Source: an uncultured virus (IMG/VR IMGVR_UViG_3300031669_000004) (lineage: Duplodnaviria; Heunggongvirae; Uroviricota; Caudoviricetes). From it: a DNA stretch of 64,000 bases. How positions within the stretch are numbered: position 1 is the first letter of the stretch; each line of letters begins with the position of its first letter. Location: IMG/VR virus record IMGVR_UViG_3300031669_000004. The stretch is one strand, 5' to 3'. The notes beneath the pieces are model-generated. The model had not been told where the DNA came from. It worked only from the letters and a program-made list of their open reading frames with translations, and made no database searches. This document shows, piece after piece, positions 28,440 through 36,439 of the stretch. The position numbers and the translations under genes were made by a program.

Positions 28440-28799
28440 TTAATCTTTGACCTGATCCATACAAGGACAGTGCCCATGCTGAATGATGTTAAGTATCCTA
28501 CATATCCACCTAGCTGTTCTACGCTTGTATGTATCCTCAGCATCTAACACATGTGAATCACATAGATAGGTTATAGTGTAGTCCTTAAGAGAGGGTGCCT
28601 GCCAGAAGTATAGCCACCCTATAGTGAAGCGACATAGTATATCAACTGGATAGAATGCGGCTAGTGGAGATAGTATAATCTGGGCCGCTAGTGGAAGTTG
28701 TTTCCAGATTGGCTTTAAGGCAGCATAGCAAAGAAATCCTATTATTAATAAATAGAACTCCCCAATTATAAACCAAGGTAGTTGTTGAATTATACCCAT
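28440..28799 (-). CDS. Membrane protein
   Basis: Two hydrophobic segments; Cys/His-rich C-terminus (WICRILN...GHC). Confidence 0.6.
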   Translation of the reverse strand: MGIIQQLPWFIIGEFYLLIIGFLCYAALKPIWKQLPLAAQIILSPLAAFYPVDILCRFTIGWLYFWQAPSLKDYTITYLCDSHVLDAEDTYKRRTARWICRILNIIQHGHCPCMDQVKD

Positions 28800-30460
28800 T
28801 TCTTCTTATCCTTTTTATTATCATCATCCATTAATTGATTCATTTGATCCACCAACTCACTCTTAGTTTCAGAGTTATCTGTTAGGTATTGATCGATACT
28901 TTTAGATTTGCTCTTGCCTAGAAATCCAGGAGGAAACACTGACAAGTAATGTTCTACTTCTACGTTCTGGTCTTTCTTGGGTAGGTTTATGTGAGAGTCG
29001 TACCTAGCAGCCCTACCTACTACTTGATCTATTTTACTCTTATTGAAGTGAGGCTCTAGTACTTGCACTTTTCTAGTATCTTTCAAGTCCAACCCTTCAC
29101 CACCAGATGACGATATTAAAAGCATCTTTAGCTTACCTGAGTTGTAATCCTTTACTAAAGCGTCCTTTTGAGTCTTGGTTAGTTTACCAGAATATATGGC
29201 ATTTGATATACCACGCTTATTTAACTCAGTGGAGTAATCGTCCAGCCCACTTGTGAGGTAGTTGCTGTAGGCTATACCACGGAAATTCTTGTTAGTTTTC
29301 ATAGCCTTCTGAACTGAGTCGGCTGCGGCTTTCATCTTGGGAGTAGGGTCCTGATACTTAGGCATGAAAGCCTTAGTAGAATTAGATACTTGTCTTACAC
29401 CAGAGGAGAATGCATTTAACTGAGCTGATTCCTTCTTACTCATAGGCATACCCGTCCTAACCTTTAAGCGTATAGGCCAAGGGAGTTTACCCTCCATGTA
29501 CTTGTAAAGTTGATGCTGCTGTGGAGACATATCTACGTCTACGGTTTTTACATTTTCTGTAGGGAAGTGGGACTCAGCCTCAGGGTCATCTTTTACATTG
29601 TAATAATCAACGTAGGCATTCAAACGACTTTTTAGATCATCCTTATTCTTAAGGGATTCTACTTCTTTAGATGGTGCCCCAAAGATACGCTTCATGAATG
29701 GCGCAGCTTCCTCTTTTTTACTTATGTACTTGGCATCGAAGACCTTCTTATCTTCTGGGAGTATTTGCTTGCCACCAGCGGCTATGTTGACCAGAGGGGC
29801 TATATTAGCGACGTGGTTATAACTAGGAGTAGCCGTAGCCAGTACACGGTAGTCAGCACCTTCAATTATCCCACTAAGGTTAGTATGTCTTTGTGTGTCG
29901 ACATTACGAAGCTTTTGAGCCTCGTCGGCTATAGCTAGTATATACTTGTTCTTTTGAAGTTTTTGGGAATTTCTACTAGCCTCATCATATGACATGACAT
30001 CAACACGGCTCATATCAATTTTCATATGATGCTTATTAACTTCCTTGTCTACATTAGAGGTAAGGGATGCAGGGGATATGATAAGCGACCTACCTGTTTT
30101 ACTACGTTTCTGCGCTTGCTCCACGGCTGCCAGAAAAGTCATAGTCTTACCAGTTCCAGTACCATGAGCTAAAAGAAGGCCATGTGTCTTGTCTAATTTC
30201 TTCAAAGCACGTAATTGTTGAGGACGTAGTTTATCCTCAGTAGACTGCTTCTTTGTCGTTGTTGCTACGGCAGCCGCAGCCATCTTAACCTGGGAGTCGT
30301 AAGTATCCCTAGTCCCACTTGGATTATAAATGGCGAATTGCTTCATAGACCCAAGATTTTGGTCTGGCTTATTCCGCTTACCGTATTCATAGACAGAAGG
30401 CGGATCTTGTTCCACAATTCCTTCTAGGCCTTGGGCTATCTTGGTTAGGTATTTGTTCAC
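28790..30460 (-). CDS. SNF2-family (SF2) helicase/translocase with N-terminal NKYLTKIA tag
   Basis: GTGTGKT, DEAQ, TATP, SSGGEGLDL and QVVGRAAR motifs. Confidence 0.88.
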   Translation of the reverse strand: MNKYLTKIAQGLEGIVEQDPPSVYEYGKRNKPDQNLGSMKQFAIYNPSGTRDTYDSQVKMAAAAVATTTKKQSTEDKLRPQQLRALKKLDKTHGLLLAHGTGTGKTMTFLAAVEQAQKRSKTGRSLIISPASLTSNVDKEVNKHHMKIDMSRVDVMSYDEASRNSQKLQKNKYILAIADEAQKLRNVDTQRHTNLSGIIEGADYRVLATATPSYNHVANIAPLVNIAAGGKQILPEDKKVFDAKYISKKEEAAPFMKRIFGAPSKEVESLKNKDDLKSRLNAYVDYYNVKDDPEAESHFPTENVKTVDVDMSPQQHQLYKYMEGKLPWPIRLKVRTGMPMSKKESAQLNAFSSGVRQVSNSTKAFMPKYQDPTPKMKAAADSVQKAMKTNKNFRGIAYSNYLTSGLDDYSTELNKRGISNAIYSGKLTKTQKDALVKDYNSGKLKMLLISSSGGEGLDLKDTRKVQVLEPHFNKSKIDQVVGRAARYDSHINLPKKDQNVEVEHYLSVFPPGFLGKSKSKSIDQYLTDNSETKSELVDQMNQLMDDDNKKDKKKWV

Positions 30461-30612
30461 TTCTTAGCCTTAATATACTTTGTGTGTCCCTTAACCTTGC
30501 TCCAGCCTCTGCCGGGTAAGGGCTTTCCTTCTTGGTGCCACATAGTTCTACCTGTCTCGTCGTGCTGGTATTGTTGAACCAGGAAAGAGAGTTTTGTTAA
30601 GTAGCGGTTCAT
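30457..30612 (-). CDS. 51-aa basic protein starting MNRYLTKLS (not in the ORF track)
   Basis: Own translation MNRYLTKLSFLVQQYQHDETGRTMWHQEGKPLPGRGWSKVKGHTKYIKAKK*; 4-nt start/stop overlaps with both neighbours. Confidence 0.75.
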   Translation of the reverse strand: MNRYLTKLSFLVQQYQHDETGRTMWHQEGKPLPGRGWSKVKGHTKYIKAKK

Positions 30613-31355
30613 TTAAAGGACTTCTTAAAACTACCCTTATTAGGGGAGGGTATCCCACCAGTTCCATTTCTTATTGACATTTTAGCAGAGTTCTTAAGGG
30701 CTGCTATACCTTTTGCTTGTTCTTCCTTAGGGGCATGCTCCCACATATTTTTCATTACCGGTATGGTCTTGTCCACAACATACTTAGTACCTCTGTTCAT
30801 GGCTATCTTCTCTAGATACTTGTTCTCAGCCTTCTTTTCCAACTTCTTCTCTTTGTCCTTTTTATCCAGGTGTCTACCAACATAGGCGCTAACTGTGCCG
30901 CCAACAGTTCCTGTGGCTCCGATAGTAGCTAGTTTCTTAGCTGCGTTGATTACTGCTTCATCTGTACTTTTCTTTTCCATGTCTTTCTTTCCCAAATTAC
31001 GGAATAGCCACCCCGACCCATCCTCGTAGTTAGGCATCTTCTTTAACAAGAATCTACCATCGTCTGTATTTATTACTATCTTGTCTTTTTCCATTTCGGC
31101 TGTACCCTTCTTAACCCAGTCTAGGGTAGTGGTACCAGCTCCGTACTGTCCAGCAGGGATAACCACCTTATCGGACAATGCGTAATGGGCTGTATGTACG
31201 GGTTGCTGCCATAGCATAATAGATTTGCCCGGTTCTGGAAGTTCTTTCTTAGTAGCCCATGAGTGTGCCTTATCGCCTATTACCAAACGATAATCCCAAT
31301 GCAAACCAGCTCGGTCTGCTTCATGCCTTTGTCTAGTAAAAAGAACTTTTTCCAT
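30609..31355 (-). CDS. LigD-type 3'-phosphoesterase domain protein with a C-terminal head-protein-like tail
   Basis: QRHEADRAGLHWDYRL, SWA, H...Y and IPAGQYGAG match the LigD PE domain; tail contains ENKYLEKIA. Confidence 0.82.
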   Translation of the reverse strand: MEKVLFTRQRHEADRAGLHWDYRLVIGDKAHSWATKKELPEPGKSIMLWQQPVHTAHYALSDKVVIPAGQYGAGTTTLDWVKKGTAEMEKDKIVINTDDGRFLLKKMPNYEDGSGWLFRNLGKKDMEKKSTDEAVINAAKKLATIGATGTVGGTVSAYVGRHLDKKDKEKKLEKKAENKYLEKIAMNRGTKYVVDKTIPVMKNMWEHAPKEEQAKGIAALKNSAKMSIRNGTGGIPSPNKGSFKKSFK

Positions 31356-31361
31356 TGTTCT

Positions 31362-31367
31362 ATTTTA
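31362..31367 (-). promoter_or_regulatory. Putative late promoter (TAAAAT), 6 nt before ATG
   Basis: GCTAAAATAGAACAATG on the minus strand. Confidence 0.6.
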
Positions 31368-31385
31368 GCATATGGCATCCATCTT

Positions 31386-31394
31386 TGGTATAAG
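31386..31394 (+). promoter_or_regulatory. TGGTATAAG putative early promoter
   Basis: Exact motif, back to back with the late site. Confidence 0.8.
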
Positions 31395-31449
31395 TAAAGT
31401 GTAGAAGTAATTATTAATTTCTACTTCATTAACCTCAAAGGAGCCAACC

Positions 31450-32277
31450 ATGAGTAAAATAAAACGAATACACTGGACAAGCGAAAAGCATCTGGAATTG
31501 CAAAAAGCCATAGCAGTTCACATGGCTATAAATCCCGGTTTGCCATCGATTAAGACGATCAACCGTATCATCAAGAAAACCATCAAACCCGCAAGTCAAC
31601 AACGTGTCCTTAAAGGCTATTCAGCAGTTCCTTGGCTGGCGGACTTGGCTGCTATTCATCGCAACAAAGCCATGGAAACCCGTGCAGCTATTCAGCAACC
31701 AGCCGTTATGGGAGGAAGTTTACCTTCTATAGTAGCTGAGGCGATTTGGCCAATTCTGGAAGGAAAGATACAAAACCTGATTGCCGGTGCTGTAATCAAG
31801 ATGGAAATTCCAAATGAAGATATACGTACACTTGTATCAGAGTGTGTCCATGGGGAATTCACCAAGGCCTTCAGCTTCGCTGGCGTACCTGTCACACCTT
31901 TGGCCGCATTCAAGGTAAACCCGACGAAAGTGAAGCGTGCTATCAAAGCGGTGGAACAAGCTGTACATCGTGAAGAAATATTGGCACGACAACGGGTAGT
32001 TATCACCGGTGCTACGAGCAGTAATGCATCAAAGTTGGAAGGTGAATTTGCCGACAATCCAAAAGTCGATATTCGCACATATTCCAACGAAGACAAGGCG
32101 GGAAATTCCAACCTGGCTCGTTACATGAATAACGCAAGTTATCTCATCATGACTCCAAATACCAATGAATCGGCAAAGGAAATCATACGTAACGGGTTCA
32201 ATGGGATTGTTGTTGAGTCTACCAATGGCCTCGAAGCAATACGGTCTGCAGTAAAGACGGTCGAAAGTCGTTTGTAA
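31450..32277 (+). CDS. Hypothetical early protein
   Basis: 275 aa; AAGGAG RBS; own promoter and terminator. Confidence 0.75.
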   Translation: MSKIKRIHWTSEKHLELQKAIAVHMAINPGLPSIKTINRIIKKTIKPASQQRVLKGYSAVPWLADLAAIHRNKAMETRAAIQQPAVMGGSLPSIVAEAIWPILEGKIQNLIAGAVIKMEIPNEDIRTLVSECVHGEFTKAFSFAGVPVTPLAAFKVNPTKVKRAIKAVEQAVHREEILARQRVVITGATSSNASKLEGEFADNPKVDIRTYSNEDKAGNSNLARYMNNASYLIMTPNTNESAKEIIRNGFNGIVVESTNGLEAIRSAVKTVESRL

Positions 32278-32284
32278 CCAAATA

Positions 32285-32311
32285 AACCAGGGGATAATTC
32301 TCCTGGTTTTT
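32285..32311 (+). terminator. Intrinsic terminator
   Basis: AACCAGGGG...TCCTGGTT plus T tract. Confidence 0.7.
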
Positions 32312-32328
32312 CACTAGAGGGGAATAGT

Positions 32329-32577
32329 ATGGATCAAACAGTAATTGAAGCGCCTGATATGGGTCAGTGTCAGGTATACATACCTAACGGGGTAGGATCA
32401 GGTAAGCATGGTAGCATCACAAGATGTACGAATAAACCCACGTTCCTGGCCGAGGAAAGAATTACCGGAAACAACGAACAGAAAACTATGTGTGCCGAGT
32501 GCTTCTTGCAGTTTATGGGGCAGGGTAATTCCTCTGCTAAATATAGGGTTTTCGTAATAGCGGAGCTGCCACTATGA
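32329..32577 (+). CDS. Small Cys-containing (possible zinc ribbon) protein
   Basis: GAGGGG RBS; QCQ...RCTNKP...MCAECF. Confidence 0.65.
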   Translation: MDQTVIEAPDMGQCQVYIPNGVGSGKHGSITRCTNKPTFLAEERITGNNEQKTMCAECFLQFMGQGNSSAKYRVFVIAELPL

Positions 32578-32750
32578 AATGGAGACCTACGAAGGATACG
32601 CAAGAGGTCAGTAGGGTAACATTAGGGGTTATACTTATGCTGGCTATACTCGTAGCCTTAATCGTGTATATACCAAAAGTACTATTCGCATTGTTCAGTA
32701 TTTCCCTTTTCTGGTTATTGGCCATAGCTCTGATCCCCCCAAAGGACTAA
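32574..32750 (+). CDS. 58-aa two-TM membrane protein (not in the ORF track)
   Basis: MKWRPTKDTQEVSRVTLGVILMLAILVALIVYIPKVLFALFSISLFWLLAIALIPPKD*; ATGA overlap; GGAG RBS. Confidence 0.7.
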   Translation: MKWRPTKDTQEVSRVTLGVILMLAILVALIVYIPKVLFALFSISLFWLLAIALIPPKD

Positions 32751-32801
32751 ACAAAAACAAGGCTAACCCCTTGTTTTTAGCTTCGTGGAATCCTATTCTT
32801 T

Positions 32802-32810
32802 TGGTATAAG
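32802..32810 (+). promoter_or_regulatory. TGGTATAAG putative early promoter for the RT unit
   Basis: Exact motif after a terminator at about 32753..32778. Confidence 0.8.
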
Positions 32811-32866
32811 AGAATTGTAGGGACTCCCTGTCCTTACTATAATAATAATAAAATAAGGTATAAACC

Positions 32867-32986
32867 ATGTTCTCATTTTTTAAATTTCTTAAGTTGGCAA
32901 TAACCATTATCTCTGTAGCTTTAACAGTCGTCGTTGAAATCAAGAAAGCGATGGATGTTCATTTTGCAGGAGGCCAAACAGCTTAA
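32867..32986 (+). CDS. 39-aa single-TM peptide (not in the ORF track)
   Basis: MFSFFKFLKLAITIISVALTVVVEIKKAMDVHFAGGQTA*; TAAGGT RBS; first ORF after the promoter. Confidence 0.6.
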   Translation: MFSFFKFLKLAITIISVALTVVVEIKKAMDVHFAGGQTA

Positions 32987-33010
32987 GGAGCAATTTAACG
33001 GAGGTACTTC

Positions 33011-33421
33011 GTGTCATCAGCTCTTAACCCCCCAGTTCCTGGGAAGAATAAGTATGTTGTATTTGACTCTGTCCAAGACAGATTTGTGGAGTTCCCAATT
33101 AGATTAGACGAGGTACAAGTAGGAAATTTCTTAGAGATATCAGTACTACCGCCGATAAGGCGGGAAGGTTTTTTATCTTACAAGAAGCAAACATATAAAG
33201 TAACTCTCCACGATCTTTTAAGGAATCACGTAAATGTCAATACCCCATACAGCAGACCAATCACCACAAATAGTTCCAGATCTACAAGCGATGTTGGGAC
33301 CCAACCCACTAACGTTGCAAACAAACTCAGACCTAAAGAGAGTCCTGGAGATGAACTCGATAAGGAATCTAGTTTATACTGGGAAGAACAAATTAGCACA
33401 CTACTCAATTCTGAGGATTAA
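33011..33421 (+). CDS. Hypothetical ORF overlapping the RT start by 188 nt
   Basis: GGAGGT RBS before GTG, but a long overlap and hairpin-rich sequence make coding status uncertain. Confidence 0.45.
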   Translation: MSSALNPPVPGKNKYVVFDSVQDRFVEFPIRLDEVQVGNFLEISVLPPIRREGFLSYKKQTYKVTLHDLLRNHVNVNTPYSRPITTNSSRSTSDVGTQPTNVANKLRPKESPGDELDKESSLYWEEQISTLLNSED

Positions 33422-34328
33422 AAAGAAAGACGGAACTTGGCGTAAACTGCACAATCCAGACAGCCAAATGAGAACGGTACAATATAGATTATTGACCAAG
33501 CTGCTTAATAAATTAGAATTACCTAGCTATGTATATGCATTCGAGAGGAATCGTAATATACCCACAATGGCCGCACTCCATGTTAATAAGTATTGTATTA
33601 TTAGCGTGGATATAAAGGATTTCTTCCACTCAATAAAGCAAGTAACTTTATATAATATCCTTTGTAGACTGGGGATAGGAGAAATGCCAGCACGTACCGT
33701 GTCTGAACTTTGCACGTATAAGGCATTTGTACCACAGGGGGCACTAACTTCCCCTAAGATATCTAACCTTGTTACTAGCGTAACCTTTGGCCCAGAGATA
33801 AATGACTACTGCGCCGAAAGAGGACTAACCCTTACTATATATGCCGATGATGTAACAGTCTCTACAAATAATAAGGATATAAATCCTAGACAGGTAATTC
33901 AAGATATAACCAGGATGATCCATTCTCATGGATTTAGAATTAATCGTAAGAAGACCAAAGTGATGTACCACGGCTCCAGACAATATGTGTGCGGGGCTGT
34001 GGTTAACGCCAAAGTTAACTTAATAGTTAAAGAGAGAAAGAAACTTAGGGCAATAATACACAATGTCACTAAGAACGGCATAGAAGCAGAAGCTGCAAAG
34101 ACTGGAGTTGAACCATCTAAATTCCTTAACTTCCTAAGGGGTAGAATAAATTGGTTCAGGCAGTTGAACCCTGTAATGGGTCAGGCATATTTCGACAAAC
34201 TAAAAGCGTATCTATTGCTTATTAAAGAACAGGCTGCCAAGGATGCCGAGGTGGCACTTCTTTACAAAGCTTATATGGAAGAAATAGATAGCACTATTCA
34301 TGAGGAACCAGTGAATTTACCATGGTAA
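33234..34328 (+). CDS. Retron-type reverse transcriptase
   Basis: KKDG.WR, DIKDFF, PQGALTSP, YADD and INRKKT; region X-like MAALH and region Y-like VCG; AAGGA RBS. Confidence 0.9.
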   Translation: MSIPHTADQSPQIVPDLQAMLGPNPLTLQTNSDLKRVLEMNSIRNLVYTGKNKLAHYSILRIKKKDGTWRKLHNPDSQMRTVQYRLLTKLLNKLELPSYVYAFERNRNIPTMAALHVNKYCIISVDIKDFFHSIKQVTLYNILCRLGIGEMPARTVSELCTYKAFVPQGALTSPKISNLVTSVTFGPEINDYCAERGLTLTIYADDVTVSTNNKDINPRQVIQDITRMIHSHGFRINRKKTKVMYHGSRQYVCGAVVNAKVNLIVKERKKLRAIIHNVTKNGIEAEAAKTGVEPSKFLNFLRGRINWFRQLNPVMGQAYFDKLKAYLLLIKEQAAKDAEVALLYKAYMEEIDSTIHEEPVNLPW

Positions 34329-34331
34329 AAA

Positions 34332-34340
34332 TGGTATAAG
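34332..34340 (+). promoter_or_regulatory. TGGTATAAG putative promoter directly after the RT stop
   Basis: Exact motif; no long ORF before the next terminator. Confidence 0.75.
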
Positions 34341-34345
34341 ATATG

Positions 34346-34566
34346 TGTAGGAGTATTTAGTAGTTAGCAATTAGGAGGGAAAGAATGCTCCTACGTAGTT
34401 AATACAGTGAAGGGGAACTGTAATGGGCGAGAAAAAGAATAAAGACTTAATAAAGTCCGAGTTTGTAGTAAAGCTTTTTATTACTTTATAAGAGCTAGCC
34501 GCCTTTAGGGGCGGTTAATTCTTTATCCCATAATAAGAAGAAACCTATAAGTCTTAGGTTTCTTTT
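34346..34566 (+). ncRNA. Candidate structured RNA associated with the RT
   Basis: Five by-eye hairpins, a closing pairing ATGGG/CCCAT plus AAAGAAT/ATTCTTT, then a terminator at 34536..34566. Confidence 0.5.
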
Positions 34567-35645
34567 TAGCCTAAAGCAATTCCAGTAGCTGTGACCGCAC
34601 AGGTATGCCCATTAGAGGTTAGTGTGGCCTGGGTAGCATCGAAGATGCCTTTAGATACATTATTGAAGTTTACCTCGACGTTAGAAGTACCGACTGTTAC
34701 AACAGCCCCACTAGAATTGTTTAATACTACTCCTGAAGGTGTTATTGTAACAGAAGAAGTATTTCCTCCACCTGCTACAACTGTGCTACTTGATCCATCA
34801 TTGTCAGTTTTAGTATTAGTTAGGGTTGAGCCTACGTTTTGAACTACGAAAGTAACACTACCATCTTGGTATAATGTCTCTATCATTATAGAGTTACCAG
34901 AAGCGTCATTAAGCCATTGTTTTCGAACTCTGGTGTCTACGGCAGGAAGAACTGTTCCAGGGGCAGGAGTACCCCTTAAAACCTCTCCTGCAGCCACATC
35001 TCCATATACTTCATTATACCGTTCGTTGCCAGATTGATTTTTACTAACAAGCCAATCGGCACCAAACCATTCATACAGCCTACCCTTCATATTAGTCGAT
35101 ACTCTTGAAGAGGCATCAGAGAATCTCTGGTAATTTCTAGTTACTATTCTTACAAGTCCTTCGAACTTACTAAGTATAATCTGAGATAAAGTAGACGCTT
35201 TTAGTATAGCTAACCCAGAGGATAGTACAGCTATAAGAGATCCACCTCTGGCGGTGTACATAAAGTCACCGGGAACGAAGTCACTTGGTTTACTAGGGTT
35301 AGCCGTTGCAGAGCCGGATATGGCTGAATCGCTACCAAGATCAATAGTAGAAGCAGCACCAGTAGCACTTGTTATCTCACCATTGAAAGAGCCTATACGA
35401 GGTATACACCCCATTATTAATGGGTATCCTAGTGAGGTTGATATTACTACTCTATCTTGTACGTTGGGTGATACGTGCATACCTGATTCTGTAAAACCAC
35501 CGGTGGGCATAAGCCAACGAACGTCTTGCATTATCTTCCCGTTAATAGTTCTCACGGAGCAATTAAATCTCTTAGGGTCTACACTAAGGACGAAGGCTTC
35601 TATGAAACTGGAGTCGGAACGGAATGGGGATTTTAGATTGGACAT
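34566..35645 (-). CDS. Baseplate central spike (gp5/gpV-like)
   Basis: N-terminal OB-fold-like segment (VRWL...PNVQDRVVI...IMG) and beta-helix-like C-terminus. Confidence 0.6.
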   Translation of the reverse strand: MSNLKSPFRSDSSFIEAFVLSVDPKRFNCSVRTINGKIMQDVRWLMPTGGFTESGMHVSPNVQDRVVISTSLGYPLIMGCIPRIGSFNGEITSATGAASTIDLGSDSAISGSATANPSKPSDFVPGDFMYTARGGSLIAVLSSGLAILKASTLSQIILSKFEGLVRIVTRNYQRFSDASSRVSTNMKGRLYEWFGADWLVSKNQSGNERYNEVYGDVAAGEVLRGTPAPGTVLPAVDTRVRKQWLNDASGNSIMIETLYQDGSVTFVVQNVGSTLTNTKTDNDGSSSTVVAGGGNTSSVTITPSGVVLNNSSGAVVTVGTSNVEVNFNNVSKGIFDATQATLTSNGHTCAVTATGIALG

Positions 35646-35651
35646 AAGAGT

Positions 35652-35657
35652 ATTTTA
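35652..35657 (-). promoter_or_regulatory. Putative late promoter (TAAAAT), 6 nt before ATG
   Basis: TTTAAAATACTCTTATG on the minus strand. Confidence 0.6.
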
Positions 35658-35727
35658 AATTAAACAGCAGAAATAAACAAGGCCTAGTTTCCTAGGCCCT
35701 ATTTATGTAACATCCTTGTCGGGAGTA

Positions 35728-36426
35728 TTAGTTAGTCATCGCAATGGGTACTATGCGATCAAATTCAATACTAAGCCCTTCCATGATCACTGGACTCTGG
35801 TTAGCCACTTGGAATGAATAATTTGAAAACATGCAATACTCAAGATAAATCGCAGTTAGAATCTTACCATTGCCTGGGCTTACTCCACTACCGGCTGTGC
35901 TTGAAGGACCACCACGAGTCTTGAATAGCAGCATCAGTCCAAACGGAGTTGAGAAGTATTCTGAATCTATGTTCATAGCCACGTTAATATTAGGGGTAGC
36001 AGAAGGGCCATTTTGACCACCAGTGGATTGCAATGGGCGATACGTATTAGCGGTTAGTGCCATCAAGATATTAGCTTGGTCAGCCAAAACTCTTGAGAAC
36101 GAAACGCTAGACATGGTCTTACCACGTGTGAAGAAGGCTCTATTAGAACCTATTTCATACAAGCGTTGCAGTTGTGGTGAACTCTGTAAGGCAATACCAT
36201 CGGTTAGTCCTATAGGAGTCAATTCTGCAGTATTACCAGCCAATCCCGTAAAACGAGAAGGACCAGCGAATAACATCGTTGAATCAGGTGTTGCCGAATA
36301 TTGTCCAAAACGTTCTAGCGAATCTTCTGCTAGATCAGAAACGTATTGTCCTTTGAAATCCCACGCCGTGCTAAAACCTTGCTGGCGTGTATTTCCTATT
36401 GAGTCGTCATTCTTATTTATTGCCAT
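35728..36426 (-). CDS. Tail tube protein
   Basis: Directly after sheath; LQRLYEIGS and IYLEYC...YSF segments; size fits. Confidence 0.75.
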   Translation of the reverse strand: MAINKNDDSIGNTRQQGFSTAWDFKGQYVSDLAEDSLERFGQYSATPDSTMLFAGPSRFTGLAGNTAELTPIGLTDGIALQSSPQLQRLYEIGSNRAFFTRGKTMSSVSFSRVLADQANILMALTANTYRPLQSTGGQNGPSATPNINVAMNIDSEYFSTPFGLMLLFKTRGGPSSTAGSGVSPGNGKILTAIYLEYCMFSNYSFQVANQSPVIMEGLSIEFDRIVPIAMTN

Positions 36427-36439
36427 TTGAGGCTCCTAG

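Noticed and set aside
431..34328. Diversity-generating retroelement linking the RT to the variable fibre repeats
   Set aside because: The RT has retron-like motifs, no Avd-like gene or template repeat was seen near it, and repeat differences are not limited to adenine positions.
32280..34570. Tandem repeat array next to the RT
   Set aside because: Reading both flanks showed hairpins and small ORFs but no periodic direct repeats; very degenerate repeats could be missed by eye.
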